Origin: an uncultured virus (IMG/VR IMGVR_UViG_3300035208_003515)
Taxonomy: Duplodnaviria > Heunggongvirae > Uroviricota > Caudoviricetes
DNA: 64,000 nucleotides
Virus record (IMG/VR): IMGVR_UViG_3300035208_003515
Direction: 5' to 3' (one strand)
The notes under the pieces are model-generated. The model saw nothing but the letters and a program-made list of their open reading frames with translations. It was not told where the DNA came from and searched no databases. Positions within the stretch are counted from its first letter, which is position 1; every line of letters starts with the position of its first letter. Shown in pieces: positions 61,463 to 64,000 of the stretch. Made by a program: the position numbers and the translations under genes.

Positions 61463-62226
61463 CCTTAAAAGAACGTACTGCTGCAAGTTTTGGCTTTGAA
61501 TGGGCAAAGTTCAATGATATATTTGCTGAATATGAAGCCAATTTCCTCAGTTATATCGCTCCCATAGATAAAGACTTTTTCAAAGGTAAATTAGTCTTAG
61601 ATGCTGGATGTGGCGCTGGTAGACACTCGTACTTTGCAGCCAAATATGGGGCAAGTGTTGTAGCAATTGATCTCAGTGAAAAGTCAGTTCAGTCAGCCAG
61701 AGATAATCTAAGTGATATGGATGCTCATGTTATACAGAGTGATATCTGCACTTTTGAACACCACAGGAAATTTGACTACATCTTTTCAATAGGAGTGCTT
61801 CATCACCTTCCCGATCCGCAGGCCGGATTTAATCATTTAGTCACACTTTTAAAAGAAGGTGGCACTATATCAATATGGGTTTACAGTAAAGAGGACAATT
61901 GGCTGGCAATTAATTTCTATGAGCCTATAAGGAAGATCACAACCAGGTTGCCACATAAACTACTCTACTATTTATCTTATATTCCTGCTTTAATAGTGGA
62001 GATATGTAATAGGTTGAAGCTTCCAATCTTCAGTTATTACATCAAGTTCCCTTTTAAGACGAAATTGAATGATGCCTTTGATGTGTTTTCAGCACCGTCA
62101 GCAAGGTATTATTCGCTTGGGGATATTTACGATTGGCTTTTACAGGCTGGCTTGCGGGATTGCCACCCCCATTATCGTGTATTAGATGGAGTAATTAAAG
62201 GAATCATAGGGATGGGTAGAAAGTAA
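61459..62226 (+). CDS. Class I SAM-dependent methyltransferase
   Basis: LDAGCGAGRH; SIGVLHH. Confidence 0.9.
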   Translation: MTLKERTAASFGFEWAKFNDIFAEYEANFLSYIAPIDKDFFKGKLVLDAGCGAGRHSYFAAKYGASVVAIDLSEKSVQSARDNLSDMDAHVIQSDICTFEHHRKFDYIFSIGVLHHLPDPQAGFNHLVTLLKEGGTISIWVYSKEDNWLAINFYEPIRKITTRLPHKLLYYLSYIPALIVEICNRLKLPIFSYYIKFPFKTKLNDAFDVFSAPSARYYSLGDIYDWLLQAGLRDCHPHYRVLDGVIKGIIGMGRK

Positions 62227-62264
62227 CTAAAACCTTTGCCGTAGTAAACAAAATTTATCACTAA

Positions 62265-62299
62265 AACTATTGACAGTGACATATAACACATGGTATGCT
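62265..62299 (+). promoter_or_regulatory. Promoter of the tRNA operon
   Basis: AACTA-TTGACA-18-TATGCT with extended -10 TG. Confidence 0.75.
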
Positions 62300-62308
62300 A
62301 CTAAAACA

Positions 62309-62449
62309 ATGCTCAAGCAAATAGGTACACAAACATCAACAAGTGAACGCCTTACTAAAACGGCGGTTAGATTTGCATTGCCATCTTATTTACACAATAT
62401 TGATATATCACAGGATTGGCAATCGAATTTGAGGGTTTGTAAAGTCTAA
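62309..62449 (+). CDS. Putative attenuator leader peptide (46 aa)
   Basis: ATG a few nt after predicted TSS; MLKQIGTQTSTSERLTKTAVRFALPSYLHNIDISQDWQSNLRVCKV*; 3' end overlaps antiterminator strand. Confidence 0.6.
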   Translation: MLKQIGTQTSTSERLTKTAVRFALPSYLHNIDISQDWQSNLRVCKV

Positions 62450-62479
62450 GTACAAAGACTAAGTAATAAGGATAACATG

Positions 62480-62511
62480 AACCCTCAAGGATAAAACCAA
62501 GAGGGTTTTTT
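62480..62511 (+). terminator. Conditional terminator upstream of the tRNA array
   Basis: AACCCTC-AAGG-ATAAAA-CCAA-GAGGGTT-TTTT; 5' arm can alternatively pair with TTGAGGGTT at 62429-62437. Confidence 0.75.
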
Positions 62512-62536
62512 AGTGGACTTTAATAATTGAATATGT

Positions 62537-62610
62537 GGCTGTGTCAGCTAATGGCAGGCTAGAAGTTTTTCACACTTCCAATCAGAGTTCGATCCTCTGT
62601 ACAGCCACCA
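62537..62610 (+). tRNA. tRNA-Glu(TTC)
   Basis: Cloverleaf; anticodon arm GAAGT-TTTTCAC-ACTTC; CCA. Confidence 0.85.
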
Positions 62611-62611
62611 C

Positions 62612-62686
62612 GGTCTATTGGTGTAGCGGTTTGCATGTTTGCTTGTCAAGCAATTGGTGATGGTTCAACTCCCTCATAGACCGCCA
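62612..62686 (+). tRNA. tRNA-Asp(GTC)
   Basis: Loop TTGTCAA; GCCA end. Confidence 0.85.
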
Positions 62687-62711
62687 AAGAACTTTAATAA
62701 TTTTATATTGT

Positions 62712-62801
62712 GGAGAGTTGGCAGAATATGGTAATTGCGGCGGTTTGCTAAACCGTTGACCCTAAAAAGTCACACTGGTTCAAATCCAGTACTCTCCGCC
62801 A
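62712..62801 (+). tRNA. tRNA-Ser(GCT)
   Basis: Loop TTGCTAA; long variable arm; GCCA. Confidence 0.9.
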
Positions 62802-62805
62802 ATGT

Positions 62806-62882
62806 GGTGGGAATAGTGTTAGTGATTAGCACGAGTGGTTGTGACCCACTTAGGACTGGTTTGAGTCCAGTTTCTCACCCCA
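62806..62882 (+). tRNA. tRNA-His(GTG)
   Basis: Loop TTGTGAC; G-1:C73; CCA. Confidence 0.88.
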
Positions 62883-62886
62883 AAAT

Positions 62887-62963
62887 GGGGCTGTAGCTCA
62901 ATTTGGGAGAGCGACTCGTTTGCACCGAGTAGGTTGGAGGTTCAATTCCTCTCAGTTCCACCA
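62887..62963 (+). tRNA. tRNA-Ala(TGC)
   Basis: G3:U70; loop TTTGCAC. Confidence 0.92.
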
Positions 62964-62964
62964 T

Positions 62965-63042
62965 GCCAGCGTAGCTCAGTCTGGTAGAGCGGTTGTTTTG
63001 TAAACAACGGGTCGCAGGTTCAAATCCATGCCGTTGGCTCCA
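62965..63042 (+). tRNA. tRNA-Thr(TGT)
   Basis: Loop TTTGTAA; CCA. Confidence 0.9.
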
Positions 63043-63098
63043 AAGTATTTTTGCGTTAGTAGCGTGAATATAGCACCTTAATATATGAATAGTTGTTT

Positions 63099-63175
63099 GC
63101 AAGAGTAGCTCAATTGGATAGAGTACGTGCTTGCCAAGTACGAGGTTGCGAGTTCGATGCTCGTCTCTTGCTCCA
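63099..63175 (+). tRNA. tRNA-Gly(GCC)
   Basis: Loop TTGCCAA; U73. Confidence 0.9.
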
Positions 63176-63176
63176 T

Positions 63177-63251
63177 TGAGGGTTCGTCTATAGGAAGGAC
63201 ACTGTGTGGCCGCACAGTAACGGTAGGTTCGAGTCCTATCACCCTCAGCCA
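63177..63251 (+). tRNA. tRNA-like gene, Gln-type body with aberrant anticodon loop
   Basis: Acceptor TGAGGGT/ACCCTCA-GCCA; normal T arm; anticodon stem CTGTG/CACAG closes a 6-nt loop TGGCCG. Confidence 0.7.
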
Positions 63252-63252
63252 T

Positions 63253-63327
63253 ACTTCGGTAGTTCAATGGTAGAACACCTCCCTGTTAAGGAGATAGTTG
63301 AAGGTTCGAGTCCTTCCTGAAGTGCCA
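63253..63327 (+). tRNA. tRNA-Asn(GTT)
   Basis: Loop CTGTTAA; GCCA. Confidence 0.9.
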
Positions 63328-63328
63328 T

Positions 63329-63404
63329 ACTCTCATCGTCTAGTGGTTCAGGATATCACCCTCTCACGGTGAGGACATCGGTTCAAATCCGATTGGGAGT
63401 ACCA
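63329..63404 (+). tRNA. tRNA-Glu(CTC)
   Basis: Loop CTCTCAC. Confidence 0.9.
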
Positions 63405-63417
63405 TATTTGTCTTCAT

Positions 63418-63492
63418 AGGTCAGTCGTTCAGCGGCTAGGACATTTGCCTCCAAAGCAAAATACGAGGGTTCGAGTCCTTCTTGACCTGCCA
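63418..63492 (+). tRNA. tRNA-Trp(CCA)
   Basis: Loop CTCCAAA; GCCA. Confidence 0.9.
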
Positions 63493-63498
63493 AAATAC

Positions 63499-63573
63499 GC
63501 AATCGTAACTCAATGGCAGAGTGCCTGCCTTTTAAGCAGTACGTTGTGGGTTCGACTCCCACCGATTGCACCA
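63499..63573 (+). tRNA. tRNA-Lys(TTT)
   Basis: Loop CTTTTAA. Confidence 0.9.
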
Positions 63574-63574
63574 A

Positions 63575-63650
63575 CGAAGCGAAGTTCAATTGGCAGAACA
63601 TCGGTCTCTTAAACCGAAAGGTATGGGTTCAACTCCCATCGCTTCGACCA
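63575..63650 (+). tRNA. tRNA-Lys(CTT)
   Basis: Loop CTCTTAA. Confidence 0.88.
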
Positions 63651-63651
63651 T

Positions 63652-63726
63652 CAGAGCGAAGTGTTTATGGCAGCACACGTGCCCTGGGAGCACGAAGAGA
63701 GTGTTCGAATCACTCCGCTTTGACCA
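63652..63726 (+). tRNA. tRNA-Pro(TGG)
   Basis: C1:G72, A73; loop CCTGGGA (C33). Confidence 0.85.
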
Positions 63727-63728
63727 AT

Positions 63729-63804
63729 GCCTCTTAAGTGTTTACGGATTACACATCTGCCCTCCAAGCAGAGGTAGAGGGTTCAAGTCCCTCAAGAGGC
63801 TCCA
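63729..63804 (+). tRNA. tRNA-Gly(TCC)
   Basis: Loop CCTCCAA (C33); U73. Confidence 0.85.
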
Positions 63805-63805
63805 A

Positions 63806-63882
63806 AGGCGAGTAGCCCAATTGGCCGTGGCAACCGGCTTAGAACCGGAAATATGCGAGTTCGAATCTCGCCTCGCCTACCA
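63806..63882 (+). tRNA. tRNA-Leu(TAG) with short variable loop
   Basis: Loop CTTAGAA; variable region only AATAT; A73. Confidence 0.75.
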
Positions 63883-63883
63883 T

Positions 63884-63958
63884 ACAGTCGTGGCTTGATA
63901 GGGAAGCAACTCTTTTACACGGAGTGATATGCAGGTTCGAATCCTGCCGACTGTACCA
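63884..63958 (+). tRNA. tRNA-Val(TAC)
   Basis: Loop TTTACAC; ACCA. Confidence 0.88.
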
Positions 63959-63982
63959 AAAGTATATAAACCATTGTGTTGT

Positions 63983-64000
63983 GCTTGGGTAGCTCAGTCT
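63983..64000 (+). tRNA. 5' part of a further tRNA, cut by the window edge
   Basis: GCTTGGG-TAGCTCAGTCT acceptor/D-arm start. Confidence 0.6.

Noticed and set aside
42585..62226. Reading the glycan/ftsH region as ordinary host chromosome
   Set aside because: It is interleaved with phage-type small ORFs and shares the AACTATTGA promoter motif with the morphogenesis region; no housekeeping operon context, integrase or att site seen. Not fully excluded without the rest of the contig.
62875..63898. ORFs overlapping the tRNA array
   Set aside because: Region is fully explained by tRNA cloverleaves; no RBS or protein motifs.

Overview
This window looks like part of a large virus or virus-like element of a bacterium: dense small ORFs, canonical sigma70 promoters, Shine-Dalgarno sites, lipoproteins and a CCA-encoded tRNA array. 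No terminase, portal, HK97 capsid or tail gene is recognisable. Layout: (i) 0.7-3.5 kb rightward block with a truncated replication initiator plus iteron-like repeats, an HNH nuclease and a DnaQ-like exonuclease; (ii) 3.5-18.5 kb leftward block with DnaB, a DnaD-like protein, dozens of small ORFs, a degenerate family-B polymerase and a NUMOD3-HNH nuclease, headed by a ~290-nt structured RNA; (iii) 19-42 kb rightward membrane/morphogenesis block; (iv) 42.6-62.2 kb N-glycosylation/sugar-modification cluster with an AglB/STT3 oligosaccharyltransferase and a frameshifted FtsH; (v) a tRNA array from 62.5 kb. Three main hidden signals. First, a gene missed by the ORF track (21683-22352) is split by two ORF-less group I introns with a non-canonical P7; splicing yields a 66-aa two-helix membrane protein with an N-T-S sequon that resembles spindle-shaped-virus coat proteins in architecture. 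Second, with a Zot/FtsK-HerA-like ATPase, large anchored surface proteins and its own OST, this suggests a non-tailed, membrane-assembled, self-glycosylating bacterial virus. Third, the tRNA array sits behind a leader-peptide/antiterminator/terminator arrangement whose 46-codon peptide contains all 20 amino acids, a candidate general sensor of tRNA shortage. All functional calls come from motifs read by eye; no searches were run.
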